DNA from: Candidatus Omnitrophota bacterium
Lineage (GTDB): Bacteria; Omnitrophota; Gorgyraeia; Duberdicusellales; 4484-171
Direction: 5' to 3'
Length of the DNA: 64,000 bases
Assembly: GCA_021735655.1 (NCBI GenBank)
Contig: JAIPGM010000001.1
Coordinates: 160,001-224,000 of the forward strand
Of the stretch, positions 39,077-49,591 are shown one piece after another (positions within the stretch are counted from its first letter, which is position 1; each line of letters begins with the position of its first letter). A model generated the notes under the pieces. It was given only the letters and a program-made list of their open reading frames with translations. It did not search any database and was not told where the DNA came from. A program made the position numbers and the translations under genes.

Positions 39077-42000
39077 GGATAATAGAATTTAATAATGTTT
39101 GGGAGAAGTACCGGATTAAATTTGTAAGGGACAGGAAAGTTTCTTGGGAAGAAATTTGGGCTTTAAGCAATATAGACTTTACAGTTAATAAGGGTGAAGT
39201 TATAGGAATAATTGGTGAAAATGGTGCCGGAAAAACTACTTTATTAAAATTAATCGCTGGCATGTTTGCTCCGGATAGAGGAGATATATCTGTTCGAGGA
39301 AAGGTATCGGTATTGATGGAGCTAGGGGCTGGTTTTAATCCTGAGTTTACCGGGAGGGAAAATGTTATTCTTAATGCCCGTATCTACGGGTTAGATACAG
39401 ACATAGTTGAACAGCAAATGGAGAAAATCGTCGAATTTGCTGATATTGGTAAATTTATCGATGCCCCGGTTAAATATTATTCACAGGGCATGTATACCCG
39501 TTTAGCATTTGCTTTGGCTATATTTGTAGAGCCGGATATTCTTTTAATTGATGATATTCTATCGGTAGGCGATGCTGACGCACAAAAGAAATGTATTGAT
39601 AAAGTATTCAAGTTAAAGGAATCGGGAAAGACTATTATTTTAGTAAGTCATGACATGCATATGATAAGTAGGCTGTGCGATCGAGTTATCCTTTTGGATA
39701 AAGGTAAACTTATCGACAGAGGTAATCCCGCTGAGATTATCTATCATTACCTAGAGACTGTTGGGGATAAAAGTGGTATTGCAGTTTTAGAAAAGGATAA
39801 ATTAAGATTAGTATTTAATAATGGGAGAATTACTTTTAGCTACGCAGGAGTGCCCCTTACTAAAGAATTTGGTGGTTATGTGGCTTATTTTGTTTCTTCC
39901 CTTGGTAGTTGGCTTTCTTCTTTTGATTTATTCTGGAAGATAAGCCATTTTTCAGCTAATAAAATTGTTGCTGAGGGAGAATATAAAGGTAGAGGGCCTT
40001 CTCAGGTTTGGGTTTTGGAATTTTCTGAAAGCAGATTATGTTGGCAGGTGAAGATAAAAGACAAAGATGTAAGAGATCCGCATATAGATTTATTGCTTAA
40101 CCCTCAATATAAAAAATGGTTAAATTTAGACCAAGGCGGGGGTTTTCCTTCCTTTATTTCTAAATCTACTTGGCAGAATTTGGGTTTAGCTAATTTTCCC
40201 CAAGCTATGGTCGGTTTAACCGCAGACTTGGAAGTTAAGAGTTGTCCTTCTTTTGTTTTGACCGCAGAGGATAAGGATACTCAGATTAGACTTTTCAATA
40301 CAGGTTATGACCAGGAAGGACGCATTATTCAGTTGGATTTAAAGTTAGCCGGAGACAATCTATTTTTTCTTAAAATATTTCCTGAGAAAAATATATTTGA
40401 AGAGTATATTAAAAAAGAGAAAGATATATTTGAAGAGAGCATTAAAAAAGTAAACCAGCAACTAGCTTTAGAGAAAGAAGCGCAACAGGTCAGATTGCGG
40501 GATTTATCAACTTTTGCTTGGGGCAATTTTAGTCTTTTTGCTGATAAGGAGGAAAAGTCTTTAAAGCTATACTTTAAGAATAAAGAAGTCACCAAAAAAG
40601 AAGGATTCCATATATCTTTTTTGATCAATAATATCTGGTACGATACTACTTCTGCGGATTGGCAGATAACTAAAGAAAAGGAAGTTTTCATAATTAAACT
40701 ATTTTGGAAAGTGTTTGATTTTAAACAAACTTGGAAATTTTCAGTTAAGAATGGGGGGCTTCTTTGGAATTTAAATTCCATCGTAAAGAAAACCTTCAAT
40801 CCAGAGATTATGAAAATCGGTTTACTATTAATAAGTGAGTACAAAACTTTCTTTTGCGGTTATCAGCAGGAAGATTTTCCAGATAAATTCAGCTCTTGGC
40901 AGGATATGTCTCTCAAAGACCCGAAAGCAAGATGTTTTGGTTTAAGAAAACAAACATCGTTACCGGCGATTGCTTTAGATAACAATGAAAGTTTTGATTG
41001 TATTGTACAGAACAGCGATGAAGAAAATTCCTGTCGGGTACTACAGCTAAGCCTTCCCAGGCAAAGTTTTATTCAAAAAAATACATCTTTTGGTGTTCAA
41101 CTTAGCCTGCTTGAAGAGGAAAGTCCCATTGATCATTACCTTAAACAAGAAAGACAGGACCATTTACTTAGGCAACAAGAAGCAAAAAGATTGCTTAGCG
41201 CTAAAAGTACTATATCAAAAGATAATTTTCGTTTTTTTGTTGATAAGGAAGAAAAATCTTTAAGGATATACTTTAAGGACAAAGAGATTACTAAAGGGGC
41301 CGGTCTACATAGTTCATTATGCGTTTTCGGGAAGTGGTTTCATAGGGAGGAAACTAGGTGGCAGACAAAAAAGATTTCCGATGAAGAAGTAGTTTTAATT
41401 TTAAGTTATGACTCACTACCGCTTTTACAAATTTTTTCTCTTAGTTTCAAAAGAAAGGGTATTCTAAGAGTTAAAGTCGAAATGGAAATAAGCGAGCAGA
41501 TTCATTTGTCTGATCATCATCTGAAGCTTGAGCTTCAAGATGACTATAATAATTGGGATACTGGCTATGAGCAAGGCAATTTTTTTATTGATCGATATGT
41601 GGATGAGATCGGTCCGATTAGACTAAAAGATAATAGAATTTCGAATATACTATTGAGATCAAACAATGAAAGTAAAATTCCAAAAATGCTTTTGAAAATT
41701 ATTTCCCAAATTGATAGACGAATTATAAACCTTTATAAGCGAAGAAGTGAAGATGGAGAATGCGTTGGCCTTTGCTCTCCTTTGATTGTATCTAAAAAAG
41801 AAGAACTGGTTAAACCTGGAAAGTATACTTATTTCGAAGGAGAAATCATATTTGGAAAAGAAGCTAAATTAGAAAGAGAAGCTTCTAGGGTAGATATTGT
41901 CGAGCTTAAAAAAGATGATATAAGATTTGTTTTTGATCGTGGCAGAGTTAAAATTTTCTGGAAGGAAGAAGAGTTAACTTCGGAATTAGGAATTTATACC

Positions 42001-42540
42001 TCATTGCGTTCAAAAGGAATCTGGCAGGATTCTTACCAGGCAGCTTGGGAAATAGAGCATAAAGCTAAGGAAAAAATTGTGGCAACTGGAGGTTGGCCTT
42101 ACCTTCCCATTTCTCAAACATGGAAATTAGAGTTGCTCGGCAAGAATTCAATATCTTGGCAAGTTGACATGGAGATTTACGGTGAAGTTAATTTAGAGAT
42201 AGAACAGGCTAGTGTAATGATTTCTTCTAAATACAGGAATTGGGAAATTCCCAGTTTTAACAGCGGTAAATTTCTTGATGTCTATGTTAAGAATCACGAT
42301 ATTCTACCTTTTAGATTTTGGTCTGGGGATGCAAACAAGATAGCTGCTGTTTCAGAATGTTTTCCCTCGATAATTTTTAAAAGCGAAAGACAAGATAAAG
42401 AAATGCAGGCGGTTATAGAAAATACAGGTATTTTATATAGGGCAAGGTTGTTGCAGTATCAAAGTACAAGTAATAATGCAATTTTGCCAGGTAAATATCC
42501 ATACTTTAGGGGGATGATAGAAATTGAGACTAGGAAGTAA
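39073..42540 (+). CDS. ABC-2 exporter ATP-binding protein (Wzt/TagH-like) with a ~900-aa C-terminal extension made of four copies of a ~115-aa domain
   Basis: Walker A GENGAGKTTLLKLIAG, signature YSQGMYTRLAFA, Walker B ILLIDDILSVGD in aa 1-230, then repeats (next feature entries). Confidence 0.8.
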   Translation: MRIIEFNNVWEKYRIKFVRDRKVSWEEIWALSNIDFTVNKGEVIGIIGENGAGKTTLLKLIAGMFAPDRGDISVRGKVSVLMELGAGFNPEFTGRENVILNARIYGLDTDIVEQQMEKIVEFADIGKFIDAPVKYYSQGMYTRLAFALAIFVEPDILLIDDILSVGDADAQKKCIDKVFKLKESGKTIILVSHDMHMISRLCDRVILLDKGKLIDRGNPAEIIYHYLETVGDKSGIAVLEKDKLRLVFNNGRITFSYAGVPLTKEFGGYVAYFVSSLGSWLSSFDLFWKISHFSANKIVAEGEYKGRGPSQVWVLEFSESRLCWQVKIKDKDVRDPHIDLLLNPQYKKWLNLDQGGGFPSFISKSTWQNLGLANFPQAMVGLTADLEVKSCPSFVLTAEDKDTQIRLFNTGYDQEGRIIQLDLKLAGDNLFFLKIFPEKNIFEEYIKKEKDIFEESIKKVNQQLALEKEAQQVRLRDLSTFAWGNFSLFADKEEKSLKLYFKNKEVTKKEGFHISFLINNIWYDTTSADWQITKEKEVFIIKLFWKVFDFKQTWKFSVKNGGLLWNLNSIVKKTFNPEIMKIGLLLISEYKTFFCGYQQEDFPDKFSSWQDMSLKDPKARCFGLRKQTSLPAIALDNNESFDCIVQNSDEENSCRVLQLSLPRQSFIQKNTSFGVQLSLLEEESPIDHYLKQERQDHLLRQQEAKRLLSAKSTISKDNFRFFVDKEEKSLRIYFKDKEITKGAGLHSSLCVFGKWFHREETRWQTKKISDEEVVLILSYDSLPLLQIFSLSFKRKGILRVKVEMEISEQIHLSDHHLKLELQDDYNNWDTGYEQGNFFIDRYVDEIGPIRLKDNRISNILLRSNNESKIPKMLLKIISQIDRRIINLYKRRSEDGECVGLCSPLIVSKKEELVKPGKYTYFEGEIIFGKEAKLEREASRVDIVELKKDDIRFVFDRGRVKIFWKEEELTSELGIYTSLRSKGIWQDSYQAAWEIEHKAKEKIVATGGWPYLPISQTWKLELLGKNSISWQVDMEIYGEVNLEIEQASVMISSKYRNWEIPSFNSGKFLDVYVKNHDILPFRFWSGDANKIAAVSECFPSIIFKSERQDKEMQAVIENTGILYRARLLQYQSTSNNAILPGKYPYFRGMIEIETRK
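39787..40146 (+). repeat. Wzt C-terminal repeat domain, copy 1
   Basis: LRLVFNNGRITFSYAGVPLTKEFGGYVAYFVSSLGSWLSSFDLFWKI...QVWVLEFSESRLCWQVKIKD shares the [LI]-x-[FY]...G...W..S...W.I...Q.W...W.V pattern with the other copies. Confidence 0.6.
40525..40872 (+). repeat. Wzt C-terminal repeat domain, copy 2
   Basis: DKEEKSLKLYFKNKEVTKKEGFHISFLINNIWYDTTSADWQITKEKE...KQTWKFSVKNGGLLWNLNS. Confidence 0.6.
41224..41592 (+). repeat. Wzt C-terminal repeat domain, copy 3
   Basis: DKEEKSLRIYFKDKEITKGAGLHSSLCVFGKWFHREETRWQTKK..., nearly identical opening to copy 2. Confidence 0.6.
41899..42267 (+). repeat. Wzt C-terminal repeat domain, copy 4
   Basis: IRFVFDRGRVKIFWKEEELTSELGIYTSLRSKGIWQDSYQAAWEIEHK...LPISQTWKLELLGKNSISWQVDMEIYGE. 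Confidence 0.6.
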
Positions 42541-44890
42541 TTATCAAAAGTTTCGAAATCATCTAAGCGCGGGGGGTTTGATTTATGCTGTCTATAGAGG
42601 TATAAAATATTTTATTTATTTGCCGCAGAGGAGAAATTGTAAGCGTAAACAAAAACAAATAATGCTTATTAACGGCAAGCTAAGAATAGATTATTTGGAT
42701 AAAGGGATTGGCATGTCTTGGAATAATTCCCCAATTACCGAAAATGTACACTTTAATGTCGGGCTTAATACTTTAGGATTATGGACAGATTCTTCAAAGG
42801 CTCATTGGCAAATTATGGATCAAGGAGAAGATTATCTCAAGGTCAAGGTAATTTTCCAGGAGTTACCTTTGAGCCAGAATTGGCTAATAAAGTTAGAGGG
42901 CGACCACCAAATATACTGGAAGATAGATTTAGAAATAGAAGAGCATCTTCATATTGATGAATTCCGGATGGTTTGCGGAGTTAACCGTAAGTATAAAACT
43001 TGGATTAATAGCTTTCAGGAGAAAGTTTTTCCCCGGCTTAATCAATATTGGCAAGATTTATGTCTAGATAATGTTTTTACTTCTTTTGTGGGAGTAAGGT
43101 TTCCTACTGGAAACACTCTCTTGCCTTCATTGGTATTTGAATCTTGCGATGATAGCAGAGTTTTTTCCCCCCTTGTTCAAAATACCCCTTTAGATATTAA
43201 TACCCATATTATAGGATTTAGAAAGATTAATCACGAAGATGAAAGGGATTATCCGCCGGGTTGTTATCAGCTTTTTGCTGGCAGAATAAAATTATACGAA
43301 GACAATTATCTGTTAGATAAGAAAATAGAAGATGTGCGTCAAGATTACTTTAAGTCTACAATGAAACGAGTAAGTGCTATTTCCGAAGCCAAAGAATTAA
43401 AAGTTATGCTAGTAAATCTACCTTGGCAGAATAACGGGGTAGGGGGAGTAAGGGCTGGCTCTCGTTGGCCGCACATGAAAGATTTAAGCGAAGGAAATTA
43501 CTTACCATTTCCTTTTTTTCTTGCTTACGCCACCTCTCTTTTAGAAAAAAACGGTATCAAGGCTGACTTAGTTGATGCTATCGCAGAATGTTTATCCGAA
43601 GATAAGTTTATCGAGCGGCTTTTAGGAGCTAATTGTAATGTTTTAGTTGTTGAGACCTCTGTGCCTTCATTTTACCATGATCTGCAGCTATTAAGGAAGT
43701 TATCAAATTTTGGTTTTACAATAATTTTATGCGGTCCAAATTCTGAAATTTATAAATTTGAATTTTTAAAAGAAAATAGATTCATTAATTATGTTTTATT
43801 CGGAGAATATGAATTTACGCTTTTGGAATTGACGAAGATTATTTCTAAGGGCAAAAAAGATCTTACTTTTGTAAAAGGCCTTATTTGGAGAGATGAAAAA
43901 GGTAATATTATTAAGAATCATCCTCGGGAGCCTTTTGATATAAATTGTTTACCTTGGCCTCACAGGGATAAGCTTCCGATGGAAAAATATTGGGATTTAC
44001 CTGGTGATATTCCTCATCCTTCGGTTCAAATAGTTGCCTCGCGGGGTTGTCCTTTTGGTTGCAGTTTTTGCCTTTGGCCTCAGATTCTTTTTGGCGGAAA
44101 GACCTATAGAGTGAGGGACGTAACTGATTGCATTGATGAAATGGAGTACTTAGTAAGAGAAAAAGGCTTTAAATCAGTCTATTTCGATGATGATACTTTT
44201 AATGTCGGAAAAGCTAGGATGCTTGATTTTTGCAATGAGATTATAAAGAGAAAGCTAGATAATGTCCCCTGGGCAATTATGGCTAAAGCCGACCTTATGG
44301 ATGAGGAGATTTTAGATAAGATGAAGGAGGCTGGGTTACATGCGGTAAAGTATGGAGTAGAGAGTGCTTCGCAAGAGTTAGTGGATAGGTGTGGAAAATG
44401 TCTAGACCTTAAAAAAGCAGAGCAGATGATTAAATATAGCCAACATTTAGGCATAAAGGTTCATTTGACTTTTTCCTTTGGTCTTCCTGGAGAAACTAAG
44501 GAGACAATTAAAAAAACAGTTGATTATGCTTTAAAATTAGATCCACAGTCAGTTCAATTTTCAATTATTACACCTTTTCCAGGCACAACTCTTTTTGAAG
44601 AGCTAGATAAAAAGGAAAAAATTCTTACTAAGAATTGGTCTTTGTATGATGGTCATTATAGTTGTGTTTTCCAGCCGGATAACCTTTCTTTGGGAGATTT
44701 AGAAGAATCAAAACAACATGCTTACAGGTTGTGGCTAGATTATCAAAGGAAAAAAAGAGGATTGCTGGGTGATCTAAAAAGGTTCTATAATTATGCACAA
44801 AAAGATGGTTTAGGCAATGCAGTTAAGAAGACTAAAGATTACTTGAATTATTCTATTTTTCATAGAAAGAAGTTTATCGGTAAGATATGA
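42524..44890 (+). CDS. B12-binding radical SAM enzyme with an N-terminal Wzt-C-like ~115-aa domain
   Basis: N-terminal domain (nt ~42663-43030) IDYLDKGIGMSWNNSPITENVHFNVGLNTLGLWTDSSKAHWQIM...LPLSQNWLIKLEGDHQIYWKIDLEIEE parallels Wzt repeat 4. The radical-SAM cluster is SRGCPFGCSFC (nt ~44044-44075). B12-binding-like region precedes it. Confidence 0.75.
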   Translation: MRLGSNYQKFRNHLSAGGLIYAVYRGIKYFIYLPQRRNCKRKQKQIMLINGKLRIDYLDKGIGMSWNNSPITENVHFNVGLNTLGLWTDSSKAHWQIMDQGEDYLKVKVIFQELPLSQNWLIKLEGDHQIYWKIDLEIEEHLHIDEFRMVCGVNRKYKTWINSFQEKVFPRLNQYWQDLCLDNVFTSFVGVRFPTGNTLLPSLVFESCDDSRVFSPLVQNTPLDINTHIIGFRKINHEDERDYPPGCYQLFAGRIKLYEDNYLLDKKIEDVRQDYFKSTMKRVSAISEAKELKVMLVNLPWQNNGVGGVRAGSRWPHMKDLSEGNYLPFPFFLAYATSLLEKNGIKADLVDAIAECLSEDKFIERLLGANCNVLVVETSVPSFYHDLQLLRKLSNFGFTIILCGPNSEIYKFEFLKENRFINYVLFGEYEFTLLELTKIISKGKKDLTFVKGLIWRDEKGNIIKNHPREPFDINCLPWPHRDKLPMEKYWDLPGDIPHPSVQIVASRGCPFGCSFCLWPQILFGGKTYRVRDVTDCIDEMEYLVREKGFKSVYFDDDTFNVGKARMLDFCNEIIKRKLDNVPWAIMAKADLMDEEILDKMKEAGLHAVKYGVESASQELVDRCGKCLDLKKAEQMIKYSQHLGIKVHLTFSFGLPGETKETIKKTVDYALKLDPQSVQFSIITPFPGTTLFEELDKKEKILTKNWSLYDGHYSCVFQPDNLSLGDLEESKQHAYRLWLDYQRKKRGLLGDLKRFYNYAQKDGLGNAVKKTKDYLNYSIFHRKKFIGKI

Positions 44891-47800
44891 AGAATTATCT
44901 AGTCACCTGGGATAAAATATGTAAGGGTATAACTAAGCAAAAGAAGATATTTTGTGGCCCACACACTGTCCAAATAGATTTAACCGACAAATGCAATAGT
45001 AGCTGCGTTGCTTGTTGGATTCACTCACCTTTAGTTGAGGAAAAAAAATCATTTCCAGAAGGCAAAAAACAACTTTCTTTCGAATTAGTTAAAAGTTTGA
45101 TTAATGATTTGTCTGATTTAGGAACTCAGGAGGTAATTTTATCCGGATCAGGGGAGCCATTTTTATATCCAGAAATAAAAGAGGTTATAAAAAATATAAA
45201 GTCAAAAAATATGTATCTAAATATAATTACCAATGCTTCTCTTATCGATGAGGAAATGGCAGAGCTGTTAGTAAAATGCAAAGTCGATTTAATTACTGCC
45301 AGCATATGGGCCGGTGATGCTGAAACTTACAGCTTAACTCATCCAGGAAAAAGCGAAGCTGATTTCGAAAAAATAAAGAGTAACTTAAAGAAATTGGCTT
45401 TTTATAAGAAGCGGTATGGTTCATTGGAGCCGCATTTAAAATTATATAATGTAATTTGCAGTAAAAATTATAGAAATATTGAGGAAATGGTTGATTTTGC
45501 TAAATCAATGGATGCCGATTCTTTAGAGTTTCAGGTTGTTGATATAATTTCTGGGAAAACAGATCATTTGGCCCTGAAAGATGCCTATAAGAGCGAGATA
45601 GTAAATCAATTGGACAATATAAGAAAGCGAAAAGATTTAATATCTTTTAATACGCCTAAAGAAATGCCGATAGATAGTTTTATTGATGAGGAATTTTTTG
45701 ATTTTGGAAAGATTTGGAAAAATTACAAAAACGGCTTTTGCGTTTCTCAGTGTAGCAGTTCTTTGGTTTGCAAAAAAGATCACGAGATAAAAGATAAGAG
45801 AATTATTGTTTCAGAGTCGACATCAACCAGAGGGACTCGTCCGGTTGCATTTTGGTATAAATTTGAAAATAATATATGTAAAACTTGCGAGGAAAATATT
45901 GAGTGCGTTGACGATGAAAATGCAGTGAGCATAAAATTGTTGAATATGTTGGGTATTGGTTCATTTTTGAGGAGATTATTGCGCTCTGATTTAGAGAGAG
46001 GGATATATGAAAAGCAAATAAATAGCATCCCATGTTATATAGGGTGGTATTATTCTCGTATTTTAGCTAATGGTGATGTTATCCCTTGTTGCAAGGCAGG
46101 TAAGTTATCTTTAGGTAATATTAAGAAAAGAACTTTTTCTAAAATTTGGCATTCCTATCGATATAAAAAGTTTCGGCTTAACGCTAAGAATTTAACTAAG
46201 CATCATAAGTATTTTTCTAACATCAATTGCATCAAGAGTTGCGATAATTGGGGAGTAAATTTAGAAATCGACGGGAGATTGAAGGAATTTGAAAATAAAG
46301 AGAAAAAAAAGGAGCCTTACCTTTTAACTATCAAGAATAGCATTATAAAGGGTAGGGTTGAGGATACGCTTGCAAAAATTACTCGTAATATTAAACCGAA
46401 TAATTTAAAAAAGAGATATTCAGAAATTTTAGGTGTATTTGATGGTGAACATGGTTATAAAGGTCCATTCCACGTTCAGATAGACTTGACTAATGATTGC
46501 AATAACACTTGCATTGCTTGTTGGTGCAATTCACCTCTTTTGAAAGAGAAACGATTATCGGCTGATAAAAAAAATCAATATTTACCTTTAGGAATGGTAA
46601 AGGAATTATTGGATGAGATTACTAATATGGGTGCTACTGAGGTCTATTATTCAGGAAGTGGTGAACCATTTATGCATCCAGCGATTATGGAGATTCTCGA
46701 TTATTCAAAAAAGAAAGGTTTAATCTGTCACGTAAATACTAATTTTACTCTTCTTAATCAAGAAAAGATAGATTGCTTAATCGATATGGAGGTTGACCAT
46801 CTTACGGTGAGTGTTTGGGCGGCTACGGCCGAAACTTATGCAAAAACTCATCCTAATAAAACCGAGGCTGACTTTCAACGGATAAAAGAGAATTTACTAT
46901 ATCTGAACTTACGAAAGAAAAGTAAGCCCTGTATAAAAATTTATAACGTTATTTTTAACATGAATTACCTTGAAGTTGAGAAGATGCTTGATTTTGCCGT
47001 TGAGACTAAATCTGAATCTTTAGAATTTACCCTTGTAGATACTATGCCTGGGGCTACTGATATGCTTGCTTTAAATCAAGGACAGTTGGATGAGCTTAAT
47101 GATTTATGCAGGAAAATAAAATTAAAATTAGATAAAAATTACATAATTAGGAGTAAAAAGGTATTGCTTTTTCAGTTTGAGCAGTTTTTGAGAAGGATTT
47201 CTGTTTCTCAAGATGTCCAGGAGGCAAAATACGATAGAGGTGTTATTGATAGTATGCCTTGTTATATTGGTTGGCTTTTTGCACGAATAATTCCTAACGG
47301 GGAAGTTCATTCTTGTCTTAAGGCGCATAGAATTCCGACCGGTTCTTTGTATAAAGATAGATTTTTCGAAATTTGGAATAGTGCTAAACAGGCACATTTT
47401 CGTAAAAAGACTTTAGTTTGCAGAAAAGATGATCCTTTCTTTAGGTTGATTGGCAACGATCCCAATACAAAGGAGGCCGGTTGTTACAAGAGTTGCGATG
47501 ATATCGGGAGGAACACTTGGATGCATAACAAGATGAATATGTTGACGCCACTGGGAAGGCTGACACTTAAGTACGTAGCTAAAGCCATGAAGCCTCTAAG
47601 GAGGCTTAGGTCCAAAAACGATAATTTTAAGAATTACCACAGTGACCCTTTAATTGCCGGGGTCATCCATGGCCGGAAGGCTTTTTTGGGACCCGAACAA
47701 GTAGTAATTGATCCGACCAATAAGTGTAATTTGCAATGCATTTCTTGTTGGATGTATTCGCCATTATTGAAAAAAAATAAACCAGCTTTGGATTTATTGA

Positions 47801-48741
47801 AACAAGAATTATCTAAAGAGGTACTTATTAAATTAATCGATGATTTAGCTGATTTAGGAACAAAGCGTATTAGGTTCACTGGTGGCGGAGAGCCTTTTAT
47901 GCATAAAGATTTGATGACAGTAATAGAGCATGCCCGAAAAAAGAATATTTTAGTTGCGGTAACTACGAACTTTGGTTTGGTCTCTAGACAGGATATTCTT
48001 AGATTGTGTGATTTGGGATTGGAGGAGTTATGCATAAGCATTTGGGGTTCTTCATCGAGAGTCTACAATTTGGTTCATCCTGGTACCGGTGAGGATTATT
48101 TTAAGAAATTAAAAGAAAATCTTTCTTATTTGAAAGGGCTAAATAAGTATAAACCGCGGACTACCTTTGCTAATGTAATCATGAATAATAATTTCACTGA
48201 TTTTGAAGCAATGTATGATTTTGCTTTAGATCATGGAGCTGATGCAGCCTATTTTACCTTGGTTGATATTATTTCCGGTCAAACCGATAAGTTCTTGTTG
48301 AATAAAGATGAACGAAGCGAATTGCTAAAGAGAGCTCTTATGGTTCAGCAACGAAATAAAGATAACAAGCTGCAGCTTGAATTTTTTGAGAATTTTCTAA
48401 AAAGAGTATCTAGTTTCCAAGGAGACTTTGAAAAAGGAGAATATGATAAATCGAGCATTGATCAATTGCCTTGTTATGCCGGCTGGATTTTTTCAAGAGT
48501 TTTGGCAGACGGAAGCGTTGCGCCCTGCTGCCGGGGGGTTAAAAAAATAATCGGCAACATCAAGACTAAATCTTTTAAAGATATTTGGTTTTCGCCCGAA
48601 TACAATGAGTTTAGAGTTAAAGCAAAGTATTTATCGAAAAGCAACGCTTACTTTAAGGATATAGGCTGTATAAAAGAATGTGATAATTTGATGCATAATC
48701 AGGAGTTTCATAAAAGAATAAATCTAAAAGAAGGAGGTTGA
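44887..48741 (+). CDS. Triple-module radical SAM / SPASM-domain protein (three tandem radical-SAM + Cys-rich auxiliary-cluster units in one 1284-aa polypeptide)
   Basis: Three C-x3-C-x2-C cores: DKCNSSCVACW (nt ~44991-45015), NDCNNTCIACW (~46498-46524), NKCNLQCISCW (~47722-47750). Each is followed by SGSGEPF/TGGGEPF and a C-terminal PCY[IA]GW...CC...GC[IY]K[SE]CD SPASM/twitch-like Cys cluster. Confidence 0.8.
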   Translation: MKNYLVTWDKICKGITKQKKIFCGPHTVQIDLTDKCNSSCVACWIHSPLVEEKKSFPEGKKQLSFELVKSLINDLSDLGTQEVILSGSGEPFLYPEIKEVIKNIKSKNMYLNIITNASLIDEEMAELLVKCKVDLITASIWAGDAETYSLTHPGKSEADFEKIKSNLKKLAFYKKRYGSLEPHLKLYNVICSKNYRNIEEMVDFAKSMDADSLEFQVVDIISGKTDHLALKDAYKSEIVNQLDNIRKRKDLISFNTPKEMPIDSFIDEEFFDFGKIWKNYKNGFCVSQCSSSLVCKKDHEIKDKRIIVSESTSTRGTRPVAFWYKFENNICKTCEENIECVDDENAVSIKLLNMLGIGSFLRRLLRSDLERGIYEKQINSIPCYIGWYYSRILANGDVIPCCKAGKLSLGNIKKRTFSKIWHSYRYKKFRLNAKNLTKHHKYFSNINCIKSCDNWGVNLEIDGRLKEFENKEKKKEPYLLTIKNSIIKGRVEDTLAKITRNIKPNNLKKRYSEILGVFDGEHGYKGPFHVQIDLTNDCNNTCIACWCNSPLLKEKRLSADKKNQYLPLGMVKELLDEITNMGATEVYYSGSGEPFMHPAIMEILDYSKKKGLICHVNTNFTLLNQEKIDCLIDMEVDHLTVSVWAATAETYAKTHPNKTEADFQRIKENLLYLNLRKKSKPCIKIYNVIFNMNYLEVEKMLDFAVETKSESLEFTLVDTMPGATDMLALNQGQLDELNDLCRKIKLKLDKNYIIRSKKVLLFQFEQFLRRISVSQDVQEAKYDRGVIDSMPCYIGWLFARIIPNGEVHSCLKAHRIPTGSLYKDRFFEIWNSAKQAHFRKKTLVCRKDDPFFRLIGNDPNTKEAGCYKSCDDIGRNTWMHNKMNMLTPLGRLTLKYVAKAMKPLRRLRSKNDNFKNYHSDPLIAGVIHGRKAFLGPEQVVIDPTNKCNLQCISCWMYSPLLKKNKPALDLLKQELSKEVLIKLIDDLADLGTKRIRFTGGGEPFMHKDLMTVIEHARKKNILVAVTTNFGLVSRQDILRLCDLGLEELCISIWGSSSRVYNLVHPGTGEDYFKKLKENLSYLKGLNKYKPRTTFANVIMNNNFTDFEAMYDFALDHGADAAYFTLVDIISGQTDKFLLNKDERSELLKRALMVQQRNKDNKLQLEFFENFLKRVSSFQGDFEKGEYDKSSIDQLPCYAGWIFSRVLADGSVAPCCRGVKKIIGNIKTKSFKDIWFSPEYNEFRVKAKYLSKSNAYFKDIGCIKECDNLMHNQEFHKRINLKEGG

Positions 48742-48747
48742 AGTTAA

Positions 48748-49566
48748 TTGAATATGGCGGGTAAAGTGGGTGCTATCGATTTTCAATTATTTTTAAGAAA
48801 AATCAGCCTTGAGCGTTTTTTTCAAAGTTTTTATTATTTTAAATGGTTGGAATACCCTTTAGTCTACAATAACCTTGAACTAAAAGCAGGTGAACAGTAT
48901 CTCGATATCGGTAGTGGAAAGTCCATTTTTCCTCTATTTGTCGTAGCGAAAAATAACTGTAACGTGCACGTATTTGATGATCAGTCCATTATAAAAGACA
49001 GTATTACTTATTATCAGAGCAATATTAGAAAGATGGGGTTATGCAATATTTCTGGAAAAAATTTCTTGATTCACGAAGCTACAGAGAAAGGACAGCTCGA
49101 TTTTCCTGATAATTACTTTGATAGAGTTTCTTGTATTTCGGTATTAGAGCATATTAAGGGCAATGGTGATAGTGTAATGATGCAGGAAATATCAAGAATT
49201 TTAAAAAAAGGCGGGAGGGCTGTGATAACTTTTCCGTTTAATGGCAAGGATTATATAGAAGAAGATAACCCAGAAGGGGTAGGATATTTCCAGCGGAAGT
49301 ATAGTGTAGCGGCGATTAAAGAGCGGATAATTGATCCAGCCAATTTAAAGGTTAAGAAGGTTATATATTTTGGAGAACGTTATATAAGTTTTGGGGAACA
49401 ATACTTGCAGAATAAATTTAGAAAAATAAATTGGCTCATACCTTTATTCGCGCCTATTTTATGGAGGGTGTGCCATTATTATGAAGGTGAATATCGCAAT
49501 TTTTATGAGCGAGCAATAGATAAAAAAGGTACTGGCGTAGCGTGTATTGTTTTTGATAAGATTTGA
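48748..49566 (+). CDS. Class I SAM-dependent methyltransferase (Methyltransf_11-like)
   Basis: YLDIGSGKSIFPLFVVAKNNCNVHVFD (motif I and the acidic residue at the end of beta-2). Strong RBS AAGGAGG at 48731-48737 before the TTG start. Confidence 0.7.
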   Translation: MNMAGKVGAIDFQLFLRKISLERFFQSFYYFKWLEYPLVYNNLELKAGEQYLDIGSGKSIFPLFVVAKNNCNVHVFDDQSIIKDSITYYQSNIRKMGLCNISGKNFLIHEATEKGQLDFPDNYFDRVSCISVLEHIKGNGDSVMMQEISRILKKGGRAVITFPFNGKDYIEEDNPEGVGYFQRKYSVAAIKERIIDPANLKVKKVIYFGERYISFGEQYLQNKFRKINWLIPLFAPILWRVCHYYEGEYRNFYERAIDKKGTGVACIVFDKI

Positions 49567-49591
49567 ATAAGCAAAATTGTGAAAATTTAAG

